From Parcubacteria group bacterium Gr01-1014_20 (lineage in GTDB: Bacteria > Patescibacteriota > Minisyncoccia > UBA6257 > 2-01-FULL-56-20), in the NCBI GenBank assembly GCA_007376265.1, contig VMFW01000005.1:198-64197 (forward strand): a stretch of DNA of 64,000 nucleotides. Direction: 5' to 3'. Position numbers and translations under genes: made by a program. This document shows, piece by piece, positions 9,956 through 19,468 of the stretch; the first letter of the stretch is position 1; every line of letters starts with the position of its first letter. Below the pieces are notes generated by a model. That model was not told where the DNA came from. It did no database searches and saw only the letters and a list, made by a program, of their open reading frames with translations.

Positions 9956-10478
9956 AACTAAAGCAACTCTCTTTGCAACAGTAATGACTCTAATTTACAC
10001 CCTGCTGGGCTTGGTGAGTATTTTTTACATGGTAGATGATTGGCTTGTTTCTTTGCCGATTGTGGTTTTCTATTTTTTGATTTTGGTTAGTACTCATCTC
10101 TCGGTCAGTTTTTTCTTAAGTATTATTCCGGAACACAGTTATATCCAAAAAGTAATCAACGGAGCGCTCCTGGTGATTTATTTTATTTTAGCTTTTAACC
10201 TAAACCACCCGCTCAATTTTATGATCGTAACAGCGCTACTTTTTTCAGTTTCAACGATAAAATACTTGCTGATGGTAGAGGAAAATCCTCATAAAAAACT
10301 GCTCTGGCGAAAAGTGAGTGTTCAAACGCTCGGAACAATCGCGTGCATACTAACAATACTCGGGATACTAAGCGGCTACGCCTTGATTTCAACTTCTTTG
10401 TGGCTGTTTTGTTTTATTATCGCCAACATCTACATTATTTCCATAAAACCGCTTTATAGAATCTCGAATGAGGATTAA
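9948..10478 (+). CDS. hypothetical multi-pass membrane protein
   Basis: About six hydrophobic segments; ATG 9948 overlaps upstream stop region; ORF-track extension to 9756 rejected. Confidence 0.75.
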   Translation: MNETKATLFATVMTLIYTLLGLVSIFYMVDDWLVSLPIVVFYFLILVSTHLSVSFFLSIIPEHSYIQKVINGALLVIYFILAFNLNHPLNFMIVTALLFSVSTIKYLLMVEENPHKKLLWRKVSVQTLGTIACILTILGILSGYALISTSLWLFCFIIANIYIISIKPLYRISNED

Positions 10479-11802
10479 TTCTAAAAACTTGTTTCTGCTT
10501 TTGGTTGACGTAGTCGCATTTTACGCGGCGCTTTTTTTGTCGCTCCTCGTTCGAACTGGACAAAGCTTTTCTTTGGACCAATACGGCCCCCACTTTAAGC
10601 CTTTTTCGCTCCTGCTCTTTGTTTGGCTTTTAATTTTTTACATTGTCGGACTTTACGACTTGAGGAATTTTTCTAAGCGGATCGCCTACCTCAAGATTTT
10701 CTTCATGGGGGTATTGGTCGCGCTGGCCGTGAGTCCAATTTTTTTCTATCTATATCCATCACTTAACATCGCTCCAAAGAGTATCTTGATACTGCTTTCG
10801 ATTTTTTTCGGCCTCATTAGCTATTACCTGCGTGAACTTATCGATAGGTACTATTTGGGATCAAAGGCGATCCTCAAGGTGTCGATTATCGGAAAGGGTG
10901 GAGATGTTACGGAGCTGATTAATTATTTAAGAGAGAATCCACAGATGGGATATAAGGTGGATTTATGGATTAGTGACTATATTAACGAGGATATCCCAGA
11001 CTTGATTCGGAAACGCGAAGTAGATGTGGTGGTGGTTCCCTCGAAACTCAGAAACGATAAGCGGCTGGTTTCAGAAATTTATCGTGAACTTTTGAAGGGG
11101 GTGGATGTGGTGAGTTTTTCGGAGTTTTACGAAACCGTCTTCGGAAAAGTTTCGATGGATGAACTTGAAGAGAATTGGTTTCTTGAAAAAATCAAGCCGA
11201 GGGATGGCTTCTATCTTTTTACAAAAAGGCTGGGAGACATCTTCTTGGCTTTGTTTATATTTTTAGTCACGCTTATTTTCTGGCCAATCACTGCTTTGAT
11301 TATTAAGTTAAGCTCGAAGGGATCGGTTTTCTTTATGAACAAGAGGGTTGGCCTCCGGGAGAAAAACTTCATGGTTTACAAGTTTCGAACCATGAGTGAC
11401 GGGAGTGATAAATTTGAGAAGATTGGTGAAAATTTCGGGGTCCAAAAAAATGATGGGCGCGTTTTTGGCTTCGGGAAGATTCTCCGGAAACTTCGAATCG
11501 ATGAGTGGCCACAAGTGATTAATATTTTAAAAGGCGAACTTTCTTTTGTCGGTCCGCGAGCGGACTTTATCGATTTTTACTACTTTCTAAAGGAGAAGAT
11601 CCCCCACTATCAGATCCGGACAATTCTTTTGCCGGGCTTAACTGGCTGGGCCCAGGTGCATGACAAGTTTGGCAGTTCGGTGGAAGACACCCGCGAGAGG
11701 TTGGCATACGACATCTACTACATCAAGAACCGATCTTTCGTGCTCGATTTTGTGATTGGTCTCAAAACCCTGAAGACGATTTTTACGTTTTCGGGGATGT
11801 AG
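10468..11802 (+). CDS. priming polyprenyl-phosphate phosphoglycosyltransferase (WcaJ/WbaP family)
   Basis: N-terminal TMs plus KRLGD, YKFRTM, LRIDEWPQ, GELSFVGPR, PGLTGWAQV, YDIYYI. Confidence 0.93.
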   Translation: MRINSKNLFLLLVDVVAFYAALFLSLLVRTGQSFSLDQYGPHFKPFSLLLFVWLLIFYIVGLYDLRNFSKRIAYLKIFFMGVLVALAVSPIFFYLYPSLNIAPKSILILLSIFFGLISYYLRELIDRYYLGSKAILKVSIIGKGGDVTELINYLRENPQMGYKVDLWISDYINEDIPDLIRKREVDVVVVPSKLRNDKRLVSEIYRELLKGVDVVSFSEFYETVFGKVSMDELEENWFLEKIKPRDGFYLFTKRLGDIFLALFIFLVTLIFWPITALIIKLSSKGSVFFMNKRVGLREKNFMVYKFRTMSDGSDKFEKIGENFGVQKNDGRVFGFGKILRKLRIDEWPQVINILKGELSFVGPRADFIDFYYFLKEKIPHYQIRTILLPGLTGWAQVHDKFGSSVEDTRERLAYDIYYIKNRSFVLDFVIGLKTLKTIFTFSGM

Positions 11803-11829
11803 GAAAGAGTGTGTCCTGGGGGATATATT

Positions 11830-12825
11830 TTAGCTGGCGAATTTGCCTTTGGTGGCTAGAAGCGCATCGGTTGAATTGTATTTATAGGCAAAACCAAATT
11901 TGGTGATTTTAGTGCCATCGACGATGATGGGGTACGAGTAAGAGTTAATAACGCCGGGCGGAGTGGGGATTTTTCCCAAACTTAAATGCCAAGTGAGAAA
12001 GAAAAATATTTGGGCGAACTGGTGGGGAATTTTAAGAGTTTTCTTTCTTAGAATCTTCGCGATCTCTCTGAAAGTAAAAAAGCCTTTCGAGGCGAGATTC
12101 AACGGAATAATCTTTGGTTCTGTTTGGTGCGTAAGCCAGAAGTTGACGGCAGAGACGACATCATCTTCGTGAACGTACTGGCGGGCGGATTTTTCGCTGG
12201 TGATAGGGAGGAAGGGAAGGAGGCCCTTCATGAAACTCAAGAGGCCGGTTTTTTTGACCACGTTCTGAAGAAACGGGCCTGAAACCGAACCAACTCTTAA
12301 ACAAATGACTTCGGTTTTCGGATGATGTTTCTCAAAGATTTCAGATAGTTTCTTTTCGATGATTTTTTTGTCTCGGCCGTAGGCGATAATGGTTTCTTGG
12401 GCTTCGCTCTCTTCGGTAAAAGGATTGTTTAATTCATTTTTGGCATGGGCGCCGTAGACAGCAACGGTGCTAAAGTGAATGAGTTTCTTAACTTCGCTTT
12501 TGAGGGCAAAGTCGAAAACGTTTTCGGCGCCTTGAAAGTTGGAGTGCTCTTGGTACTCGCGATCTTTTTTAAAATAAGGAGTGCGGATAAAATAGGCGGC
12601 ATGAACTACAACGTCGACAGGTAGGAATACCTCGAGTTCTTTTTCGAGGTCGGTATCGGCTAGGTTCTTTTGGATAAAATGAACCTTGGGGTGGTCGGCT
12701 TTCCATAGAAAGCGGGGTTGACTCACGTCCAACGCAATGATTTTTTCAACATTTTTGTCTTCAAGCCACGAGGAAACTAGCTGACTGCCAATGTAGCCAC
12801 TAGCACCGGTTAAAAGGATTTTCAT
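11830..12825 (-). CDS. NAD-dependent epimerase/dehydratase
   Basis: TGASGYIG, FSTVAVYG, YGRDK, QYVHEDD. Confidence 0.88.
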   Translation of the reverse strand: MKILLTGASGYIGSQLVSSWLEDKNVEKIIALDVSQPRFLWKADHPKVHFIQKNLADTDLEKELEVFLPVDVVVHAAYFIRTPYFKKDREYQEHSNFQGAENVFDFALKSEVKKLIHFSTVAVYGAHAKNELNNPFTEESEAQETIIAYGRDKKIIEKKLSEIFEKHHPKTEVICLRVGSVSGPFLQNVVKKTGLLSFMKGLLPFLPITSEKSARQYVHEDDVVSAVNFWLTHQTEPKIIPLNLASKGFFTFREIAKILRKKTLKIPHQFAQIFFFLTWHLSLGKIPTPPGVINSYSYPIIVDGTKITKFGFAYKYNSTDALLATKGKFAS

Positions 12826-12851
12826 TTATTTAGTTCTAGTTTTGATGTCGG

Positions 12852-13553
12852 TTACCATTCTTTGATGGCTTTTTCCCAGCGTTCTAAATTACCACAATCA
12901 TACCACCGTCCATTTTCGAATTTGTAGCCGATTAACTTTCCGGCAATAGCGAGTTTGGGAAAAACGTCTTTTTCGATCATTAGGAAATCTTGGGTGAGAT
13001 CGGCGTAATCGAAAACCGAGGGTTCAAGGATGTAAAGCCCCGAATTTATAAACTCCGAAGGTGGGTTTTCTGGCTTTTCTAAAAATTCAGTAATCTTATG
13101 GCTGTTCATGACGGGAACTCCGTATTCTTCTGGATTCTGAACCTTTACGAGAGCAATAGTGGCGACGGGTTTTTCGCTCTCATGAAAACTTTTGAGCGCA
13201 GTGAGATCAAAATCTTTGAGTTCATCACCATTTGAAAGAATAAACTTCTCGTTACCCAACCAATCGCGAAGATTTTTTAACCACCCAAAAGTGCCGCTTG
13301 GTTTTTCCTCGAAGAATATGCTAATCTTGGCATTAGTTAAATCTGGAGTCCAGATTTTTTCCCACCTCGAAAAATCCAGTTCGTGACTACGACTAACCAA
13401 CACACCGATATCGTCCACGCCGTGGCGAGAAAGAAGATCGATGAGGTGATTCAGAATTGGTTTTTTCTTGACGGTAAGCAGGGGTTTGGGAATCTCGTAG
13501 GTAATCGGACGAAGGCGCGTCCCCAGGCCTCCAGCTAGAATGATGGCTTTCAT
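12852..13553 (-). CDS. sugar-1-phosphate nucleotidyltransferase
   Basis: LAGGLGTRLRP, PKPLL, NGD, INSGLY, WYDCG. Confidence 0.92.
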   Translation of the reverse strand: MKAIILAGGLGTRLRPITYEIPKPLLTVKKKPILNHLIDLLSRHGVDDIGVLVSRSHELDFSRWEKIWTPDLTNAKISIFFEEKPSGTFGWLKNLRDWLGNEKFILSNGDELKDFDLTALKSFHESEKPVATIALVKVQNPEEYGVPVMNSHKITEFLEKPENPPSEFINSGLYILEPSVFDYADLTQDFLMIEKDVFPKLAIAGKLIGYKFENGRWYDCGNLERWEKAIKEW

Positions 13554-13580
13554 GTTGTGGTGAGCCTCATTATAAAATAA

Positions 13581-15059
13581 ATGATCAGAAAAATAAAGAC
13601 CTTCCTCTTTACTAACCAGACCAACCGGCAGACCATCGCCAAGAACACATTTTGGCTGGGAATAAGCAACATTGGTGGTCGTTTGATCAAAGCGATCATC
13701 ATTGTGTACGCTGCGAGGGTCCTGGGAGCCGCCGAGTGGGGAGTTTTCTCTTACGCTGTGACTTTGACAGCTTTTCTTACAGTTTTCACGGATTTCGGTA
13801 TCAATTCAATATTAGTAAGAGAATCATCCAGGATAGAAAGCGCCGAGGAGAGATCTAGACTTTTATCAACGTCGTTTTTGATTAAGTGTCTAATGCTCGC
13901 ATTCGGAGTGATCTTGATTATTTTTGTGGCACCCTTGATGACAAGCATTGAAGGAGTTAAGGAAATACTACCGATTGTGGCTTTTATTTTGATCTTTGAC
14001 ACGCTCCGGGAGTTCGGTTTTGCCCTAAACAAAGTCTTCGAGCGGATGGAACGGGAGGCCGGGCTTTTTATATTGACGAATGTAGCAATCGTGGTTTTTG
14101 GTTTTGTTTTTCTCGCAATCAGTCCGACCATTAAAGCTTTTGCCTATTCGTACGCCATAGGAACCGGACTAGGGATGTTGGCCACAGCCTGGATGCTCAA
14201 GAAGAGCATTGGTAAGATTTTTTCTGATTTTAACAAAAAATTCGTAAAACCCATTTTTTTGACGGCTTGGCCATTTGCAATATCGGGGGTCTTAGGAATC
14301 TTGATGATTAACACGGACATTTTAATAATTGGAAATTTGCTTTCAGCTGAAGACGTGGGATTATACTCGGCGGCGGACAGGATTATTCAGATCTTGTACG
14401 TTCTGCCAAGCATGGTGGTTGGTGGTATTTTGCCAACTTTTTCAAGACTGGCAGTTACAAACGGTAATAAAATGCGATTGACGATGGAAAACGTGATCGC
14501 ACTATTGCTACTCGTAGCGGTCCCAATATCAGTTGGAGGGTTTCTTTTCGGAGAAGAAATTATTGCTCTTCTTTTCGGTAATAGTTATATGGGGGCCGCT
14601 TCTTCTTTTCAAATTTTGGCGTTGACTTTGATGTTTAATTTTCCAGCGGTTATTTTGAGCAGCGCTATCTTTGCCTACAATCGTCAGAAGGCTTTGATCG
14701 TTAACGCGGCGGTGGCGGGTGGGGCGAATGTGGCACTGGACTTGATTTTGATCCCGACCATGGGAATCTTTGGTTCAGCAATCGCAACTTTCTCGGCTCA
14801 GATTTTCAGCAATATTTACTTGTGGAGCAAGATGAAGGGTATTAACTACTTTAAGGTTTGGCCTTATTTAAAAAAGGTGGTAATTGCGACGGCAGTAATG
14901 ACGGTTTTTATACTGGTAATGAAGTGGCTGCATGTGGGGATAGGTTTTGGAATTCCTACGGCCGTCTTGATTTACTTCGGCACACTATTGTTCTTGAAAG
15001 AAAAATTAATTTACGACCTTAAGTCGGTGTGGCATTCAACCTTCAAACCAGTAGTTTAG
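13581..15059 (+). CDS. wzx: Wzx-type oligosaccharide flippase
   Basis: Many TMs, ARVLG...WG.FSY, DFGI, NTDILII, VGLYSAA. Confidence 0.9.
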   Translation: MIRKIKTFLFTNQTNRQTIAKNTFWLGISNIGGRLIKAIIIVYAARVLGAAEWGVFSYAVTLTAFLTVFTDFGINSILVRESSRIESAEERSRLLSTSFLIKCLMLAFGVILIIFVAPLMTSIEGVKEILPIVAFILIFDTLREFGFALNKVFERMEREAGLFILTNVAIVVFGFVFLAISPTIKAFAYSYAIGTGLGMLATAWMLKKSIGKIFSDFNKKFVKPIFLTAWPFAISGVLGILMINTDILIIGNLLSAEDVGLYSAADRIIQILYVLPSMVVGGILPTFSRLAVTNGNKMRLTMENVIALLLLVAVPISVGGFLFGEEIIALLFGNSYMGAASSFQILALTLMFNFPAVILSSAIFAYNRQKALIVNAAVAGGANVALDLILIPTMGIFGSAIATFSAQIFSNIYLWSKMKGINYFKVWPYLKKVVIATAVMTVFILVMKWLHVGIGFGIPTAVLIYFGTLLFLKEKLIYDLKSVWHSTFKPVV

Positions 15060-15883
15060 GAAGAAAAAACCACTTTTTTGATCCTAGAGAGAACCGGATT
15101 GAGTGTTTTTTTGATGGCGTCTGGAAGTTGTGTGTAGAGATAGTAAGAACAAACGAAGAGGAGGGCTTTGGGGTAGCGGGGGTATAGTTTTCGATAACGA
15201 TCAACAATCCTTATCGCTGAGGAAGCAGCTTCTTTTTGCCTACTAAATGACATGCCCCCTTCCCACATTTGATATTTAGTAAAGTATTCCTGAAAGTTAT
15301 AGAGCTTGCCCTTTAATCCTATTTTTAACCAAAACTCCCAATCAGCAAACTGAAGCATAGACTCATCGTATAGGCCTATTTTTTTGGCTAGCGCGAAACG
15401 GAATACGGAGGTGGCATTTACAATCGGATTGGCCACAAGGGCATTTTTTTTAATGTCCTCATCTTTTTCAGGCTTGAAACTTTTTATTTTTTCTTCTCCG
15501 TTTTTATCAGCAACAACGAATCCCCCGCCACAGCCAACATAATCTTTATTTTCGTCGAGAAATCGAACCTGTTTCGCTAGTTTTTGGGGATCAATCCAAT
15601 AATCATCATCGTCTAAAATGGCGATATACTCACCCGTGGCTTCCTTCAGGCCGAAGTTGGAAATTTTGGCGATGCGACCAAAATGGGGGCCTTTGAGGTA
15701 CTTAATCCGACTGTCTTTCTCTGCTAGGCCTAGGACTACTTTTTCGGTTTCATCAGTGGAGCCGTCGTCGGCAACGATTAACTCCCAATCTTTGAACGTT
15801 TGGGTTAAGACACTTTCTATCGCCCGACTAACAAACTGGACTCGATTGTGAGTGGCAATCAAAACAGTAACTTTGGGTTGCAT
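15056..15883 (-). CDS. glycosyltransferase family 2
   Basis: VTVLIATHN, ADDGSTD, ILDDDD, ADWEFW. Confidence 0.92.
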   Translation of the reverse strand: MQPKVTVLIATHNRVQFVSRAIESVLTQTFKDWELIVADDGSTDETEKVVLGLAEKDSRIKYLKGPHFGRIAKISNFGLKEATGEYIAILDDDDYWIDPQKLAKQVRFLDENKDYVGCGGGFVVADKNGEEKIKSFKPEKDEDIKKNALVANPIVNATSVFRFALAKKIGLYDESMLQFADWEFWLKIGLKGKLYNFQEYFTKYQMWEGGMSFSRQKEAASSAIRIVDRYRKLYPRYPKALLFVCSYYLYTQLPDAIKKTLNPVLSRIKKVVFSS

Positions 15884-15912
15884 GGACTACAGAATAACAG
15901 AAAAAAAATTGT

Positions 15913-15941
15913 TTGACAAAACAGAAGGAAATTATTAATAT
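15913..15941 (+). promoter_or_regulatory. sigma70 promoter (TTGACA-17-TAATAT) of three-gene island
   Basis: TTGACA 15913-15918, TAATAT 15936-15941, AAGGAGG SD downstream. Confidence 0.8.
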
Positions 15942-15977
15942 TCAGCCGCACATTAAAAACTAAATAAGGAGGTTTGA

Positions 15978-16727
15978 GTGATCACGCTTTTAGCGATTAT
16001 GGGGCGCGGTATTCAGAAAACTGAGGGCGCCGGTGGTTTTTTCGGTTGGTCGTTAACCGAAGACCTGGAGGTGATGGAAGAAGATGGAGCTCACGCTGTT
16101 TATCGAAAACCAGTCGATGATGAAAATGTAAATTGTATGATTGGCGGCGGTCAGCTCAATATTTTGGCGGGAGCGGAGTTAATCTTGACTTACAGACCAA
16201 GGGTGGTCGTTTGCGCTTACGGACCTAGGTCCCAGTACTTGCGAGAAGTGGATGGGCGGAGCGAGAGCGAAGTAATGTCTAACGCCCTTCTGCAAATCCT
16301 TCCGATGTCTGGCCACTGCCCGCCGTTTTTGATGTCGCGCTGGGGCAGTGACAACGACCTGCCTGGACCATCAAACACGAAAACAGAGGTTGGCTACATT
16401 CTTGATTTAGCTTTGAACCAAAGCAATCGACGGGTAGGAATTGTAACGGTGGGCGTGCATTTGCCGAGAGTGATTCTCTTTGCGAAAGAACACCTGGAGA
16501 GCGAGCGTTTTAAGGATCAAAACCTTGAAATCAATTTCTTTTCGAGCGAACAGGTGCTAATGGAATCTAGCCCTGCGGTTTTCGCCCCAAGAGTGACGGC
16601 CCTTCACAGCTCAAGAGCTTACCGGAGAAATGCTGAACGAGAAGCTCGCGGGATAGAGGCTATTCTCTCTGGCACTTACGGTCAGGGATACGAGGCCTGG
16701 AGACCATTTAATGGAAAGAAGGGATAG
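15978..16727 (+). CDS. divergent DUF218 / YdcF / ElyC-like protein
   Basis: LAIMGRG, SESEVM, SNTKTEV, IVTVGVHLPRV follow the DUF218 motif order (VLG, SEA..M, S.NT.EN, VTS..H..RA). Confidence 0.6.
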   Translation: MITLLAIMGRGIQKTEGAGGFFGWSLTEDLEVMEEDGAHAVYRKPVDDENVNCMIGGGQLNILAGAELILTYRPRVVVCAYGPRSQYLREVDGRSESEVMSNALLQILPMSGHCPPFLMSRWGSDNDLPGPSNTKTEVGYILDLALNQSNRRVGIVTVGVHLPRVILFAKEHLESERFKDQNLEINFFSSEQVLMESSPAVFAPRVTALHSSRAYRRNAEREARGIEAILSGTYGQGYEAWRPFNGKKG

Positions 16728-16730
16728 CGG

Positions 16731-17006
16731 ATGCTTGCCACCACATTTGGGTATGTAGCGGCGGTTACGGGAACATTTCTCATGCTACCCCAAGTCATCA
16801 AATCCTGGAGGACGAAAAGAGTGGAAGACTTGGCGATAGGCACGGTGATTCTCTACTTTGTAAACTGCTTGCTTTGGCTCATCTATGGAATTTTGATCAC
16901 CGCAACGCCTGTGATTGTGGCCAATGGCATTGGGCTTTTGGTCAGCATTTTCCAGGTAGCCATCAAGGTGAGGTATGGAAAACAAGGAGGGTTGAGTGCC
17001 AATTAG
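16731..17006 (+). CDS. SemiSWEET / PQ-loop (MtN3) transporter
   Basis: 91 aa, three TMs, LPQVIKSW, LWLIYG, PVIVAN. Confidence 0.88.
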   Translation: MLATTFGYVAAVTGTFLMLPQVIKSWRTKRVEDLAIGTVILYFVNCLLWLIYGILITATPVIVANGIGLLVSIFQVAIKVRYGKQGGLSAN

Positions 17007-17733
17007 AGGCATCGCGCTTGACGCAGAGGGGGTGATGTTCGACTTTGAACGAGACGGGCACCACCTGGCGCATCGGAAGGTAGCCGCAGATCTAGGAGTG
17101 ACGCTGTCTGATATTGAAGCGCTTGAGGCTATCCCCAATTTAGTGGGAGGGCCCGGTAAACTCATTGCCAAACAGATTCACAATCTTGTAACCGAGAGAT
17201 TGGGGAGTTGCAGTTTGACACCCGAAGAAATCGAGGCTAAGAGCCGAAAATACTTCAAAGAGCTTTTCCTCAAAATGGCTTCGGGAGAGGTGAAGATTGA
17301 ACCTCGCCCGGGACTTCATGGAGCGATCTGTTTTTTCCGGAGCATAAATATTCCGGTTGTTGTTGGATCTTCGACCTGGCCCGAAGAATTCTGGATTTAC
17401 TGGTTTCGGACAGGACTGAAAGGCGCGTTCCCTAGCCTACAAGTAGTCCTGGCTAGCGAGGAAAATGGTATTCGGCATAAACCGGAACCAGATATCTTCC
17501 TCCGTACCGCCGAACTCATGGGTATCGGTCCGAAAGAACAGTTGATTTTCGAGGATTCACAGCGCGGAGTAGTGGCCGGAGTAGCCGCTGGATCAACGGT
17601 CATCGGAATGACAACCTATGATCATCCTCGAGAAATCATCCGTCTCTACGAAGCTGGAGCTAAACGAGTCTTCTCGGACTGGCGAGAAGTAAACTTACGC
17701 TCTTTGATCGACAACCTGAACTCGAGAAAGTAA
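16996..17733 (+). CDS. HAD-family phosphatase (beta-PGM-like, subfamily IA)
   Basis: LDAEGV, GSS, KPEPDIF, FEDS..GVVAG. Confidence 0.85.
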   Translation: MPIRGIALDAEGVMFDFERDGHHLAHRKVAADLGVTLSDIEALEAIPNLVGGPGKLIAKQIHNLVTERLGSCSLTPEEIEAKSRKYFKELFLKMASGEVKIEPRPGLHGAICFFRSINIPVVVGSSTWPEEFWIYWFRTGLKGAFPSLQVVLASEENGIRHKPEPDIFLRTAELMGIGPKEQLIFEDSQRGVVAGVAAGSTVIGMTTYDHPREIIRLYEAGAKRVFSDWREVNLRSLIDNLNSRK

Positions 17734-17738
17734 AAAAC

Positions 17739-17769
17739 AACCGCTTCGATAATTATCGAAGCGGTTTTT
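17739..17769. terminator. bidirectional terminator
   Basis: Perfect palindrome AACCGCTTCGAT-AATT-ATCGAAGCGGTT between convergent genes. Confidence 0.85.
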
Positions 17770-17775
17770 CTATTT

Positions 17776-18305
17776 CTAGCTTTTGAGATATTCTTCAACC
17801 TCTCGGTATTTTTCCATGGTGTCGATACCCCTTGAATACTCACCACACTCGTAGCCGTAGAAGTTTTTGCCTTGGTCAATAACGGCGGGAAGAAGTTGTT
17901 TGCCAAGTTCGTAGGGTTGATTTTTTGGGATGTACGACAAAATTTCTTTTTTCAAAATGAAGACGCCTCGCAGGCGGTGGGCTAGTCGTCGGTGAGCTTG
18001 GTGCGTTGCATGCCAATGGGATCTTCCTTAGTCCAAAAGTTTTCAGCCATAGTGGTGTAGTCAATGAGGCTGACCATGTCACCATAGATAAGATAGAAGA
18101 GGTCGCCAATCTTACCCTCGAAGCTCTTCGCCCCTCCTGCAGTTCCCAAAATTTCTGCTTCCAAGTTGTAGTTGATCTTCACACCCCATTTGGAGCCATC
18201 GCCAAAGTAGTTCTGAATAACTTCTGGCAAATGGTGGAGGTTGATGAAGAACTCGCTCACTCCGTGACGCTTAAACTGATCAATGTTCCACTCGAGGAGA
18301 GGCTC
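17776..18305 (-). pseudogene. nucleotidyltransferase (LmbO/HddC-like), disrupted: N-terminus deleted plus internal frameshifting deletion
   Basis: PLLEWNI...FINLHHLPEVI.NYFGDGS.WGV...LGTAGG...YGD fused in frame to GmhB, stop at 17982; C-terminus (HRLRGVFILKKEILSYIP...YELGKQLLP...GIDTMEKYREVEEYLKS) continues in another frame 17982-17776. Confidence 0.8.
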
Positions 18306-18857
18306 TTTAACCGTAAAATTTGGCTTTATATGCTTAAAGTTTTCGTCGAGGGCGTGTCCTGGACCGGTTTTTACTAAAACGGTCTTAAGACCGGCACGCT
18401 TACCAGCAACCACATCGATCATGGCGTCCCCCACCATAAAGCTTTTCTTAGGATCAATGTTGAATTTTTTGAGAGCTTTCAGGATCATTCCGGGGGCTGG
18501 TTTGCGACAATTACATTTGATGCGATACTTTTTGACGTCGGCGTTTGGATGGTGCGGACAGAAATAAGCCGCGTCAATGCGGGCGCCAGATTGCCTTAGT
18601 TTTTCTTTCAGGTTATCGTGAATGACTTCTACTTCTTTGGGCGTAGCGAGGCCTCTTGCGATAACGGGCTGGTTAGAAACCAAAAAAACTAAAAAACCAT
18701 TGTCGTTCATGGTTTTAATCGCCTGGCTCGCGCGAGGGAGAAGTTTTAACTCTGCTGAGCTCCGCATGAGCTCAAAATGTTTTATGACTGTGCCATCACG
18801 ATCCAGAAAGAAAGCTTTTTGCTTTTTTAACTTGTTTGAGTTTGAACGGATTCCCAT
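17982..18857 (-). CDS. gmhB: GmhB/LmbK-like sugar bisphosphate phosphatase fused to a nucleotidyltransferase fragment
   Basis: FLDRDGT, VSNQP, YFCPHHP, CNCRKP, MVGD; junction at ...PNFTVK|EPLLEW near 18305. Confidence 0.85.
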   Translation of the reverse strand: MGIRSNSNKLKKQKAFFLDRDGTVIKHFELMRSSAELKLLPRASQAIKTMNDNGFLVFLVSNQPVIARGLATPKEVEVIHDNLKEKLRQSGARIDAAYFCPHHPNADVKKYRIKCNCRKPAPGMILKALKKFNIDPKKSFMVGDAMIDVVAGKRAGLKTVLVKTGPGHALDENFKHIKPNFTVKEPLLEWNIDQFKRHGVSEFFINLHHLPEVIQNYFGDGSKWGVKINYNLEAEILGTAGGAKSFEGKIGDLFYLIYGDMVSLIDYTTMAENFWTKEDPIGMQRTKLTDD

Positions 18858-19441
18858 TTGCCAGGTTTAGTTTTGAAGTTAGGATGAGAGACGATGAGGT
18901 GCCAAATTACCGCCTGGAAGGCTTCGGTGTGAGGGGTAACGTTGTCAGGGTTCACGTTCGGAACAATGACACAGGCGTCGGCTACCTGGGCGGTGTAACC
19001 GCCATCACGACCAACGACGCCGATAACTTTCGCGCCGACTGATTTGGCAAGTTTGAGAGATTCGACAATGTTGGCACTAATGTTTTTCTCGGCGTTACCA
19101 CCACCGACAGAAAAAACCATAATGGCATCTTTTTTATTCAAAGCACTCCCCAAGAGCCAGTTGGCAAAAACAGTGTGCCAACCATCGTCATTGGTTCGAG
19201 TGGTGAGCTCTGAAACGTTATCAACGGGGGTGTAAGCTTCAATGCCGCCGAGATTTCTAAAGTCGTTTACGGCGTGGCTCGCGTGGCCGGCGCCACCGCC
19301 GACGCCAATAATAAAGAGACGGCCCTTCTCGTCTCGAACATTTTTTAGAAGGCCGATCATATTGCTCACTGATTCTTGGTCAACCTTGTCAGCAATCTCT
19401 TTAACTTCAGCTAGATAGGTTTTGATGTAATCTTTATACAT
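18827..19441 (-). CDS. SIS-domain phosphosugar isomerase (GmhA-like, non-canonical; LmbN-like role)
   Basis: GVGGGAGHASHAVNDF, TNDDG, FSVGGG, PHTEAFQ. Confidence 0.85.
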   Translation of the reverse strand: MYKDYIKTYLAEVKEIADKVDQESVSNMIGLLKNVRDEKGRLFIIGVGGGAGHASHAVNDFRNLGGIEAYTPVDNVSELTTRTNDDGWHTVFANWLLGSALNKKDAIMVFSVGGGNAEKNISANIVESLKLAKSVGAKVIGVVGRDGGYTAQVADACVIVPNVNPDNVTPHTEAFQAVIWHLIVSHPNFKTKPGKWESVQTQTS

Positions 19442-19468
19442 GAGGGGATGATTTTTGGGTGGTAGGTT

